Positions 1 to 8,004 of a stretch of 44,829 nt of DNA are shown piece by piece. Position numbers and translations under genes: made by a program. The stretch is from Escherichia phage VB_EcoS-Golestan: sequence record NC_042084.1; one strand, written 5' to 3'. Each line of letters opens with the position of its first letter. Positions within the stretch are counted from its first letter, which is position 1. The notes below the pieces were generated by a model, which was not told the DNA's origin, did not search any database, and saw only the letters and a program-made list of their open reading frames with translations.

Positions 1-27
1 ACGGAGCCGCAAGGCGCGTTTCTCGGT

Positions 28-1251
28 ATGCATTGCAAGTTTCCGGCATTCGTAGCTGGCTTCGGTACGGGTAAATCCGAAGTTATGTGCAACTCTGCAC
101 TACTCGACAGCATGGAAGGTGGTAGCGATTCTATCATCGCCATGTATGAGCCGACCTATGACCTGGTGCGCCTCATCCTTGCACCGCGTATGGAAGAAAA
201 GCTCACCGACTGGGGTATCCGGTACAAATACAACAAGTCTGACAACATAATCTATACGTCTTCCGGACAATTTGGGGATTTTGTTCTGCGTACACTTGAT
301 AATCCAGCAAGAATCGTTGGCTACGAATCGTTTCGTGCGAAAATCGACGAGTTGGACACCCTTAACATGGAGCACGCCGAGCACGCGTGGAACAAAGTCA
401 TCGCCCGTAACCGCCAGTTGCCGCGGACATATAAACCTATTACACCGAAACCTGCTAATACCGTTTCCGTGTTCACTACCCCGGAAGGATTCCGTTTCGT
501 ACATGACCGCTGGGTAGTCAAAAAGAATCCAGGCTACGAGATGATTCAGGCGTCCACCCTGTCTAACCCGTTCCTGCCAGAAGATTATGTGCAGTCGTTA
601 CGCGACACATACCCAGGTCAGTTGATTGACGCCTACATCGACGGCAAGTTCGTAAACCTCACGTCCGGAACGGTATACTATGCTTACGACCGCAGGAAAA
701 ACAGCAGTCGCGAAACAATCAATCCCGGCGAGACTCTGTATATTGGGCAGGACTTTAACGTAGGTCACATGGCGAGCACGGTTTACGTGCAACGCGGTAA
801 GGTCTGGCACGCTGTTGCCGAGTTGGTTGATATGTTCGATACGCCTGACGTAGTGCGGGCCATAACTGAGCGATGGAAAAGTAAGGGCCACTATATCGTT
901 ATGTACCCGGACGCCAGCGGCAAAAACCGTAAAAGCAACAACGCCAGTACCTCAGACATCGCTCAGTTACAGCAGGCCGGTTTCGAAGTACGCGCCAAAT
1001 CAACAAACCCGCCGGTTAAAGACCGCGTATCAGCAATGAACAAGGCGCTTGAATCTGGTATGGTCATGATTAATGAGCAGGCATGCCCGGTTACGGCGCG
1101 ATGCCTTGAGCAACAGGCTTACGACAAGAACGGCGAACCGGATAAATCGGGTGGTGTGGACCACCAGAACGACGGGACCACATATCCTATCGCGTATGAA
1201 ATGCCGATTCGCAAACCAGTTATTAATGTCCCGGTGACTTTCGCACTTTAA
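28..1251 (+). CDS. Terminase large subunit (ATPase/nuclease); reading frame is open back to nt 1, so the N-terminus is probably truncated by the window edge
   Basis: Walker A-like GFGTGKSE near the start; 407 aa; directly followed by portal and head morphogenesis genes; small terminase gene ends at the right window edge. Confidence 0.8.
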   Translation: MHCKFPAFVAGFGTGKSEVMCNSALLDSMEGGSDSIIAMYEPTYDLVRLILAPRMEEKLTDWGIRYKYNKSDNIIYTSSGQFGDFVLRTLDNPARIVGYESFRAKIDELDTLNMEHAEHAWNKVIARNRQLPRTYKPITPKPANTVSVFTTPEGFRFVHDRWVVKKNPGYEMIQASTLSNPFLPEDYVQSLRDTYPGQLIDAYIDGKFVNLTSGTVYYAYDRRKNSSRETINPGETLYIGQDFNVGHMASTVYVQRGKVWHAVAELVDMFDTPDVVRAITERWKSKGHYIVMYPDASGKNRKSNNASTSDIAQLQQAGFEVRAKSTNPPVKDRVSAMNKALESGMVMINEQACPVTARCLEQQAYDKNGEPDKSGGVDHQNDGTTYPIAYEMPIRKPVINVPVTFAL

Positions 1252-1263
1252 GAGGATTATTCA

Positions 1264-2745
1264 ATGTTAACTATGAACGGTCAGAATCAGGGTGTTAAGA
1301 CAAAACACCGGGAATGGCTGCAGCACTTCAATAAATGGCAGAAGGTTCGCCATGCGCTGGAAGGCGACCTTATTCGCTATCTGCGCAACGTTGGGAAGAA
1401 TGAGCCGGACCCGACCTACGCGGCACAGCGCCAGGAAGAATACGAGAACGGCGCTATCTGTTACAACTTCACCAAGAGAACGCTGGCAGGGATGACGGGG
1501 TCGGTGATGCGTAAAGACCCTGAGCAAATTATCCCGCATGAACTGGAATACCTGTTGCACAACGCTGACGGTTCAGGCGTCGGGCTGTGGCAGCACGCGC
1601 AGGATACGTTAATGGAGATTAACTCGATAGGACGTGGTGGGTTGCTGGTTGACGCCCCGGAGACTGCTGCCGCAACGGCAGCTGAACAGAACGCAGGGTT
1701 ATTAAACCCGGTCATCGCATTCTACACCGCAGAGAACATCATCAACTGGCGACTGACCCGCGTCGGTTCTGTTAACCGTGTGACAATGGTCGTGTTGCGT
1801 GAAGTGTGGGAATACTCAGAACCTGGAGCAGAGTTCGAAACTAAGTTCGGTGAACAGTACCGCGTCCTTGACCTGATTGATGGTCGCTACCGCCAGCGCA
1901 TTTACCGTTTCGACGCCGAGGGCGGCGCTCAGGGCGAAGTAATCGAAATCTTCCCGGAACTCGGCGAACAGTTACGCGGCAAAATCCCGTTCACGTTCAT
2001 TGGTGCAAGCAACAACGATGCAACCATTGACGATGCACCTTTGCTGCCGTTGGCTGAGCTTAATATTGGGCATTTCCGCAACAGTGCAGACAATGAGGAG
2101 TCCAGCTTCGTCGTAGGCCAGCCTACTCTGTTCATCGCCCCCGGTGAGAACATGAGCATGGAACAGTGGAAAGAGGCCAACCCACACGGCGTGCGCATGG
2201 GGTCGCGTTCAGGCCATAACATTGGTTACGGCGGCAATGCGTTTCTGGTTCAGGCAGGAGAGAACAACCTCGCCAAGCAGAACATGCTGGATAAAGAGAA
2301 TCAGGCCATCCAGATTGGTGCGCAGCTTATCACCCCTACCCAGCAAATCACCGCTGAATCGGCACGGCTGCAACGCGGCGCGGATACGTCCGTTATGGCG
2401 ACAATCGCACGTAACGTAAGCATGGCATATACCGATGCGTTGCGCTGGGTGGCTGCGATGCTAGGGTTGCGTGAAGGTACAGAGGTTGAGTTCAAGCTGA
2501 ATATGGAGTTCTTCCTGCAACCAATGACCGCTCAGGACCGCACCCAGTGGATGGCGGATATTAACGCTGGCCTGTTACCGGCTACAGCTTACTATGCGGC
2601 ATTGCGTAAGGCGGGGGTAACTGACTGGACAGACGAGGACATTCAGAACGCTATCGAGGATGCGCCGCTGCCGTTAGGTGCTGTTACTCAGGTGGCGGGG
2701 GAGATTCCGCAGTCGGCGCAGCAACAGGACACCACTCAGCCGTAA
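1264..2745 (+). CDS. Portal protein
   Basis: 493 aa ORF immediately after large terminase; RBS AAGAGG upstream; acidic C-terminal tail; conserved gene order terminase-portal-MuF. Confidence 0.7.
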   Translation: MLTMNGQNQGVKTKHREWLQHFNKWQKVRHALEGDLIRYLRNVGKNEPDPTYAAQRQEEYENGAICYNFTKRTLAGMTGSVMRKDPEQIIPHELEYLLHNADGSGVGLWQHAQDTLMEINSIGRGGLLVDAPETAAATAAEQNAGLLNPVIAFYTAENIINWRLTRVGSVNRVTMVVLREVWEYSEPGAEFETKFGEQYRVLDLIDGRYRQRIYRFDAEGGAQGEVIEIFPELGEQLRGKIPFTFIGASNNDATIDDAPLLPLAELNIGHFRNSADNEESSFVVGQPTLFIAPGENMSMEQWKEANPHGVRMGSRSGHNIGYGGNAFLVQAGENNLAKQNMLDKENQAIQIGAQLITPTQQITAESARLQRGADTSVMATIARNVSMAYTDALRWVAAMLGLREGTEVEFKLNMEFFLQPMTAQDRTQWMADINAGLLPATAYYAALRKAGVTDWTDEDIQNAIEDAPLPLGAVTQVAGEIPQSAQQQDTTQP

Positions 2746-2755
2746 GTTCACATAT

Positions 2756-2778
2756 AGCCCCGAAAGGGGCTTTCTTAT
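2756..2778 (+). terminator. Stem-loop (AGCCCC-GAAA-GGGGCT) plus T-rich tail between portal and head morphogenesis genes; probable attenuator
   Basis: GC-rich hairpin followed by TTTCTT, read directly from sequence. Confidence 0.4.
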
Positions 2779-2781
2779 AGT

Positions 2782-3858
2782 ATGCTATTAACTTTAGTAC
2801 CACAGGGTTTAACTATGAGCTTACTTACATCCCTCATCAGCCATCAGATATGGCTGCAACGCACCGCATCCGGTGAGGTGAAAGACCTCACACCGTTCAT
2901 TCAGGAGATGCGGGATGAAATCAAACGGCAGGTGCTGTTATTCGGCGACGACGGGCGAAGCACTGCGCGGCTGAATAAACTGTTACGGGACCTTGAAGAA
3001 GCACTGACAGGGATTACAGGTGACTGGCAAACAAAGCTGACAGAAGACCTCAAGGAACTGGCGGCATATGAGGCTGAGTGGAACGTAAAGACACTGACCG
3101 CCAACGTAGCTGCGGAATTTGTTACACCTACCGCTGAACAGGTGTGGGCTGCTGCCGAGTTTCAACCGTTATCGTTGAGCGACAAGCCTGTTGACTTCAC
3201 TAAGCTGATGTCAGGTTGGGGTGAAACCGAAGTCGCGCGCCTGGTAACGGGTGTTAAGATGGGCTTTGTTCAGGGTAAGACAACACGGCAGATTGTTACA
3301 GAAGTAGTCGGTAAAGGCGGGCTGGCTGACGTATCAGAGAAATACGCCGCTACCGTAATCCGCACTGCGCTGTCTCACGTGTCCAACGAAGCCCGCAATG
3401 AAACATACCGCCAGAACGACGATATCATCGAGAAGTACGAATGGGTGTCAACGCTGGACAGCCGTACCAGTACGATTTGCAGAGCCAGGGACGGAATGAC
3501 GTGGGAAATCGGTAAAGGTCCGATGCCGCCAGCGCATCCGAATTGTCGAAGCACCACGGCTCCGGTAATCAGTTCAGAGTTCGACTTCCTCGATAAAGGC
3601 GCAAAACGGGCGGCTAAGGGCGCTGACGGCGGCACTCAGGTAAGCGCGGACACAACATATTACGAGTTCCTTAAACAACAACCGGCATGGTTCGTGGATG
3701 AAGCACTCGGGCCGACCCGCGGTAAGATTTTCCGCAACAGCGGTATATCGCCGGAAGAGTTTCGCGTAATATCTGTAGATGGTTTCGGGAATCCGCTCAC
3801 GCTTAAGCAGATGGCGGAACTCGATAAACGTGTTGCTGATTATCTGAAAGGGGGATAA
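2782..3858 (+). CDS. Head morphogenesis protein (Mu F / SPP1 gp7-like minor head protein); start may be the ATG at 2814
   Basis: 358 aa; C-terminal PPAHPNCRST resembles the HPNCRC hallmark of MuF-like proteins (from memory); position after portal. Confidence 0.7.
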   Translation: MLLTLVPQGLTMSLLTSLISHQIWLQRTASGEVKDLTPFIQEMRDEIKRQVLLFGDDGRSTARLNKLLRDLEEALTGITGDWQTKLTEDLKELAAYEAEWNVKTLTANVAAEFVTPTAEQVWAAAEFQPLSLSDKPVDFTKLMSGWGETEVARLVTGVKMGFVQGKTTRQIVTEVVGKGGLADVSEKYAATVIRTALSHVSNEARNETYRQNDDIIEKYEWVSTLDSRTSTICRARDGMTWEIGKGPMPPAHPNCRSTTAPVISSEFDFLDKGAKRAAKGADGGTQVSADTTYYEFLKQQPAWFVDEALGPTRGKIFRNSGISPEEFRVISVDGFGNPLTLKQMAELDKRVADYLKGG

Positions 3859-4319
3859 TGATGGGCTTTTTCAAAGTAACTGATGTACCGTCGCGTCGCG
3901 TTGTCCAGTTTGCTCGCGTGTCTGGCTCCGGCGAGAACGTGGTGTCTATTGGGGACGAAAGTGTGCTGGGTACACCAGTAGACGATATGCCGTTTGCGGA
4001 TAAAACCGGTATTGCGCTACCCGCGGCAGGGATGCTTTACGAGATTCCGTATCTGGCGGACGCAGGCGATGTGTATCTCTCTGTACAACCGAAAGACACA
4101 GAACTGACAGACGGCAGCGCGACTATCACTGTCGAAGTTAAGGCCGGTAAAGCACCATACGCGCTGACCTGGTACAAAGACGGTAAGGAAGTGGTAAACG
4201 CCCCTGCAGAGGCTCTGTCTCTGACGGTTAACGCGGTGGGTGAATACTTCGTTAAAGTTACCGATGCCGATGGCGTAGAGGCCTTCAGTAAAGCGGCGAA
4301 GGTTATTAAGCCTGAATGA
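3858..4319 (+). CDS. Ig-like domain protein (probable virion surface/decoration protein)
   Basis: 153 aa; ATGA overlap with upstream gene; beta-rich motif LTWYKDGKEV...GEYFVKVTDADG similar to the ORF at 7627-7968. Confidence 0.55.
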   Translation: MMGFFKVTDVPSRRVVQFARVSGSGENVVSIGDESVLGTPVDDMPFADKTGIALPAAGMLYEIPYLADAGDVYLSVQPKDTELTDGSATITVEVKAGKAPYALTWYKDGKEVVNAPAEALSLTVNAVGEYFVKVTDADGVEAFSKAAKVIKPE

Positions 4320-4322
4320 TAA

Positions 4323-4350
4323 GAGGCCCCGAAAGGGGCTTTATTTTTAT
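4323..4350 (+). terminator. Rho-independent terminator
   Basis: AGGCCCC-GAAA-GGGGCT hairpin followed by TTATTTTTAT. Confidence 0.65.
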
Positions 4351-4414
4351 ATGAACATCGCGGTGATAACCGCAGCCGATACCCACAAAACAACATAAAA
4401 CATCACACTATTTG

Positions 4415-4759
4415 TCATTTGCATTTCTCGTCGTATGTTTGTTGTAACTGCGACAGACGATTACCGGCTGTCATCTCGTCCATAGAAGGCCCAGCGCCTG
4501 TGTCCATAAAGAACAGCGGAACAATCAGGAATGCGCCTGTAACACCGAGTACAACGTTAGTACCTATTTGCTTATTAACACGGTGCGTAGCGTTGGCTTG
4601 AGCTTGTTTTGTCGTGGCGATTCTCGATAGTAACTGATTACATGTTGCCGTTGTATCCCCCGCCTGATAAACCTGTAAAGCTGGGTCTGGCAACGACCTT
4701 ACGCAACCACTCAAACAAACGGCTACAACACCCGCTACTGCTAATTTAATATATTTCAT
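4415..4759 (-). CDS. Lipoprotein with C-terminal hydrophobic segment (candidate superinfection-exclusion or membrane moron)
   Basis: 114 aa; signal peptide with lipobox LSGC; hydrophobic stretch VVLGVTGAFLIVPLFFM; sits alone on the opposite strand within the structural region. Confidence 0.55.
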   Translation of the reverse strand: MKYIKLAVAGVVAVCLSGCVRSLPDPALQVYQAGDTTATCNQLLSRIATTKQAQANATHRVNKQIGTNVVLGVTGAFLIVPLFFMDTGAGPSMDEMTAGNRLSQLQQTYDEKCK

Positions 4760-4857
4760 AGTTCACCATTACCCGTGTCAATTTCACCAATACCACTACA
4801 AGCCCAAAGAAACATCACCGCATCAACTGCAATTACTACTGAAATAACGACTAACAT
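4756..4857 (-). CDS. Small hydrophobic peptide (33 aa) translationally coupled to the lipoprotein
   Basis: Hand-translated MLVVISVVIAVDAVMFLWACSGIGEIDTGNGEL; RBS GAGGAGG 6 nt upstream; stop overlaps lipoprotein ATG (ATGA). Confidence 0.3.
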   Translation of the reverse strand: MLVVISVVIAVDAVMFLWACSGIGEIDTGNGEL

Positions 4858-4884
4858 GACGGCCTCCTCGTTTCGATGTAATGA

Positions 4885-4913
4885 ATAGTACCCTATTATA
4901 TTGGTGTGTGCAA
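4885..4913 (-). promoter_or_regulatory. Family-1 promoter copy A (TTGCAC-N17-TACTAT) containing inverted repeat AATAG-N4-CTATT (4884-4897)
   Basis: About 35 bp near-identical to copies at 14121-14149, 37911-37939 and 39113-39141; lies just upstream of the lipoprotein cassette. Confidence 0.5.
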
Positions 4914-4979
4914 ACTATTTATTTACGTATTCCAGTTATTCCACTCAATTGTAAATGTTGGAATAAACTATTCGAATAG

Positions 4980-5008
4980 TTGACTTTTCACTAAAAATGT
5001 GCTAAGCT
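4980..5008 (+). promoter_or_regulatory. Sigma70-type promoter TTGACT-N17-TAAGCT with extended -10 TG; its -35 overlaps the perfect palindrome ACTATTCGAATAGT (4967-4980)
   Basis: Near-identical promoter at 37602-37630; both followed by the same transcribed leader. Confidence 0.6.
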
Positions 5009-5011
5009 CCA

Positions 5012-5063
5012 CCTGAGCTTGTGAAGTATGAACAAGCGACCGCGGCGCGGGCAGGTAACGGAG
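5012..5063 (+). other. Conserved promoter-proximal leader element, copy 1 (candidate cis-acting RNA, pause/antitermination site or 5' end of a small RNA)
   Basis: 38-nt block CCTGAGCTTGTGAAGTATGAACAAGCGACCGCGGCGCG identical to 37634-37671; contains hairpin GCTTGT-N9-ACAAGC. Confidence 0.5.
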
Positions 5064-5189
5064 CGGGACGTAAGGTCCTGAGTGTAGTTACGCTGACGCG
5101 TTCGGAAGGGCCATACTCTATTGCTTGTGTAAAAAGTAACGGGTTTACTGAGATTACGCCGTTTCTATGTTTAAATGATAAGGACTAGC

Positions 5190-5216
5190 GCCCCGCTTTA
5201 AGGCGGGGCTTTACTT
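5190..5216 (+). terminator. Terminator-like hairpin about 200 nt downstream of the 4980 promoter and upstream of the spanin genes
   Basis: GCCCCGC-TTTAAG-GCGGGGC followed by TTTACTTATC (imperfect U-tract). Confidence 0.4.
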
Positions 5217-5233
5217 ATCGAGAAAGGGGAAAC

Positions 5234-5620
5234 ATGAATCTTAAAGCAACTGTCGTAGCAGGAGCATGTTTCATCATCCTGGCTTACGCCCACGGCATTT
5301 ACCAGTATCGCAGCGGCTGGAGCGAAGGCCGGGCGAATCTCGTTTCGCAGCAACAGCAGAAAGCGCAGGCTGAGTTAGCGAAGAAAACACAACGGCAGCA
5401 GCAGGACGAATCAAAGGCCGCCGCCGCCGACAACGAAGGCAAGACGAAATCAGAGGTGATTACCCGTGAAGTCGTTAAATACATTAAAACGCCAGGTCGC
5501 AGCGTGTGCACTTTTGACCCTGAGCGCGTGCAGCTCAAGTCCCGCGCCGTCGCCAACGCCAATTCCATCCCCGGATACGACGATGATGCAGCCGCCGTGC
5601 AAACTGGCGCAGCCAAGTAG
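5234..5620 (+). CDS. i-spanin (Rz-like inner-membrane spanin)
   Basis: 128 aa; N-terminal TM helix, Gln/Ala-rich coiled-coil periplasmic region; o-spanin-like lipoprotein ORF overlaps in another frame. Confidence 0.55.
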   Translation: MNLKATVVAGACFIILAYAHGIYQYRSGWSEGRANLVSQQQQKAQAELAKKTQRQQQDESKAAAADNEGKTKSEVITREVVKYIKTPGRSVCTFDPERVQLKSRAVANANSIPGYDDDAAAVQTGAAK

Positions 5621-5729
5621 CGACGCTGATGAGGATTTGGCCGTCGACGTTCAGAATGCTGAATGCGTACGGCAACTGAGACTGAAAGTGTTCATGTTGC
5701 AGGATTACGTGAGGAATATTCTGGAATAG
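5466..5729 (+). CDS. o-spanin (Rz1-like outer-membrane lipoprotein), overlapping architecture, GTG start
   Basis: 87 aa; lipobox LSAC, proline-rich mature region (SPAPSPTPIPSP); begins inside and extends beyond the i-spanin ORF; RBS AGAGGTGA. Confidence 0.6.
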   Translation: MKSLNTLKRQVAACALLTLSACSSSPAPSPTPIPSPDTTMMQPPCKLAQPSSDADEDLAVDVQNAECVRQLRLKVFMLQDYVRNILE

Positions 5730-5811
5730 TTGCCTTGCATGTTGGAATAATTTATTCTTGACATGTAAATCCGGGTGGCCCGGATTCCAACGTCCAGGGG
5801 ACATACTGACT

Positions 5812-6513
5812 ATGAATCGTTTTTTACGTTATCCGTTCCAGGAAGAAGCTGGAGCAGAAGATAAAGCTGGTGGCGGTGACGCTCCTAAAATGTTCACCGC
5901 TGAAGAAGTTCAGGCGCTGATTGAGAAAGAAGTTGCCGGGCTTAAGGCCAATCAGGAAGCATTGCTGGCGGAGAAGAAAGAAGCCGCCCGTAAAGCAAAA
6001 GAGGCCGAAGAAGAACGGCAGCGTGCGCACCAGGAGGCGTTAAAGGCCGCCGGTAAGATGGACGAGTTTGAAAAGACGATTCGTAGCCAGTATGACCCGG
6101 TGTTAGCCGAGAAAGATGGCCGCATCTCCAAAATGGCAGAGCGCATCCTCGGCAGCGAACGTAAAGCGGTGCTAGGCTCTTTCGCGGGTGACTTTATTAC
6201 CCCGGAAGCAGTGGACATCCTTGCGCCGTTCGTTAAGACTGAGTTCGAAGGTGATGATGTGGTTACTAAGTTTGTCGGCGCAGACGGTAACGTAATCACG
6301 ACTGACCCGGAACAGTTCCGCAAATACCTGCGTGAACACAAAGCGTTTTCGCATTTGATTAAAGCAAATGCAGCTTCCGGCGGCGGGGCTTCCGGTGGCA
6401 AAGGCGGCGGGGCCGCACCAGCGTTTAAAGACATGAGTGAAGCAGAGCGTTTAGCCCTGTATAAATCGAACCCTGCCGAATTTGAACGGCAACTTAAAGC
6501 CCTGAGGAAATAA
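5812..6513 (+). CDS. Scaffolding protein (probable); start taken at ATG 5812 rather than ORF-track 5758
   Basis: Charged, alpha-helical, coiled-coil-like sequence with Gly-rich tail; directly upstream of the major capsid gene. Confidence 0.55.
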   Translation: MNRFLRYPFQEEAGAEDKAGGGDAPKMFTAEEVQALIEKEVAGLKANQEALLAEKKEAARKAKEAEEERQRAHQEALKAAGKMDEFEKTIRSQYDPVLAEKDGRISKMAERILGSERKAVLGSFAGDFITPEAVDILAPFVKTEFEGDDVVTKFVGADGNVITTDPEQFRKYLREHKAFSHLIKANAASGGGASGGKGGGAAPAFKDMSEAERLALYKSNPAEFERQLKALRK

Positions 6514-6515
6514 TA

Positions 6516-7565
6516 ATGGCAATTACCACTATCGGCGATATCGTAACTGGCAACATCCCGGTCCTGGCGTCTTATATGACCGAGGACCCGGTAGAAAAAA
6601 CCGCGTTCTTCCAGTCTGGTATTCTCACCCCGACCCCATACGCCGCCGAGATTGCCCGCGGCCCGTCCAACGTCGCTAATATTCCTTTCTGGAAAGCGAT
6701 TGATACCTCTATCGAGCCGAACTACTCGAACGACGTATACCAGGACATCGCCACCCCGCGTAACGTGCAGACCGGCGAGATGATGGCGCGCGTTGCGTAC
6801 CTGAACGAAGGTTTCGGTCAGGCGGATTTGACCGTTGAACTGACCAGCCAGAACCCGCTGCAATCCGTAGCGTCACGTCTGGATAACTTCTGGCAGCGTC
6901 AGGCACAACGCCGTCTGATTGCTACCGCGCTCGGGCTGTACAATGACAACGTAGCCGCTACCGACGCATACCACGAGCAGAAGGACATGGTAATCGACGT
7001 GTCTGCTACTCTGGGCTTCGATGCGGGCGCGTTCATCGACGCTACCCAGACTATGGGCGATGCTCTGATGGGCAACGGCGGTGAAGTGCTGGGGGCTATC
7101 GCGATGCATAGCTTCGTTTATGCGCAGGCACGTAAGCAGCAGCTTATCGACTTCATCCGTGACGCGGACAACAACACCATGTTCGCCACCTACCAGGGCT
7201 ACCGCGTGATTGTTGACGACAGCATGACCGTAGTCGGCACTGGCCCGACCCGTAAGTTCATCTCCATCATCTTCGGCAACGGCGCTATCGGTTACGGTGA
7301 AGGTTCTCCGTCCAACCCGCTGGAATACGAGCGCGAAGCGTCCCGCGGCAACGGCGGCGGCGTTGAAACCCTGTGGACCCGTAAGACCTGGTTGCTACAT
7401 CCGTTTGGTTACAGCTTCACCAGTGCAGTAATCACTGGCAACGGCACCGAGACTACCCCGCGCTCTGCTTCCTGGCAGGACCTGGCGAACGCCTCCAACT
7501 GGAACCGTGTGGTTGAGCGTAAGCATGTACCGATTGCCTTCCTGGTAACTGGTGTCGGTGCCTAA
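6516..7565 (+). CDS. Major capsid protein
   Basis: 349 aa; RBS AGGAAA; follows scaffold, followed by strong terminator; typical size and position. Confidence 0.75.
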   Translation: MAITTIGDIVTGNIPVLASYMTEDPVEKTAFFQSGILTPTPYAAEIARGPSNVANIPFWKAIDTSIEPNYSNDVYQDIATPRNVQTGEMMARVAYLNEGFGQADLTVELTSQNPLQSVASRLDNFWQRQAQRRLIATALGLYNDNVAATDAYHEQKDMVIDVSATLGFDAGAFIDATQTMGDALMGNGGEVLGAIAMHSFVYAQARKQQLIDFIRDADNNTMFATYQGYRVIVDDSMTVVGTGPTRKFISIIFGNGAIGYGEGSPSNPLEYEREASRGNGGGVETLWTRKTWLLHPFGYSFTSAVITGNGTETTPRSASWQDLANASNWNRVVERKHVPIAFLVTGVGA

Positions 7566-7582
7566 GGTTAAGCTATAATCGA

Positions 7583-7609
7583 GAGGGACTTCGGTCCCTC
7601 TTTTCATTT
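7583..7609 (+). terminator. Rho-independent terminator/attenuator after the major capsid gene
   Basis: GAGGGAC-TTCG-GTCCCTC hairpin followed by TTTTCATTT. Confidence 0.55.
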
Positions 7610-7626
7610 ACTAAGAGGATTCCTAA

Positions 7627-7968
7627 ATGGCAGACGTATTGAAGCGACGCATCACCGGCGTCTCCGCTGACGCCCCGGGGGCCAAGATTGACATGGAGAC
7701 TATTTCTCCTGCGTCTTTCTCTACGGCACTTAACGCTACTACTGCAGTAACCGCAGGTGAAACTATGACGCTGACAGTCGTAGTAGCTGGCGGTCTTGAG
7801 CCATATTCTTACCAGTGGTATAAGAATAACAACGCTATCGCCGGGGCAAACGCTGCTACCTACGCTAAAGCGTCAACCACTACCGCCGATTCCGGCACGT
7901 ATAAAGTGGTTGTTCACGATGTGTATGGTAATATTATCTCCAGCAGCACCGCAGCAACTGTGTCTTAA
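7627..7968 (+). CDS. Ig-like domain protein (capsid decoration candidate)
   Basis: 113 aa; motif YSYQWYKNNNAI...SGTYKVVVHDVYG typical of Ig-like/Big domains; RBS AAGAGGA; paralogous to 3858-4319. Confidence 0.55.
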   Translation: MADVLKRRITGVSADAPGAKIDMETISPASFSTALNATTAVTAGETMTLTVVVAGGLEPYSYQWYKNNNAIAGANAATYAKASTTTADSGTYKVVVHDVYGNIISSSTAATVS

Positions 7969-7972
7969 TACA

Positions 7973-7990
7973 ACGGCCCTTCGGGGCCGT
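7973..7990 (+). terminator. GC-rich stem-loop (ACGGCCC-TTCG-GGGCCGT) without clear U-tract; RNA-stabilising hairpin or weak terminator
   Basis: Read directly from sequence. Confidence 0.3.
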
Positions 7991-8004
7991 AATAAGGAAA
8001 GGTC

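Noticed and set aside
5012-5110. Possible tRNA or tRNA-like gene in the conserved leader
   Set aside because: No cloverleaf, no GTTCGANTC-type T-loop or CCA context could be folded by eye; better explained as a promoter-proximal leader element
5737-5790. Promoter using TTGACA at 5758-5763 upstream of the scaffold gene
   Set aside because: No acceptable -10 hexamer at 16-18 bp spacing; region retained only as a possible factor-binding site because it shares TGTTGGAATAA...TATTC with the 4955-4975 region
5952-6863. 303-aa ORF on the - strand spanning the scaffold and major capsid region
   Set aside because: Lies antisense to two strongly supported + strand structural genes with good RBS and coupling; low-complexity Ala/Arg/Ser translation typical of a spurious frame; no RBS or promoter
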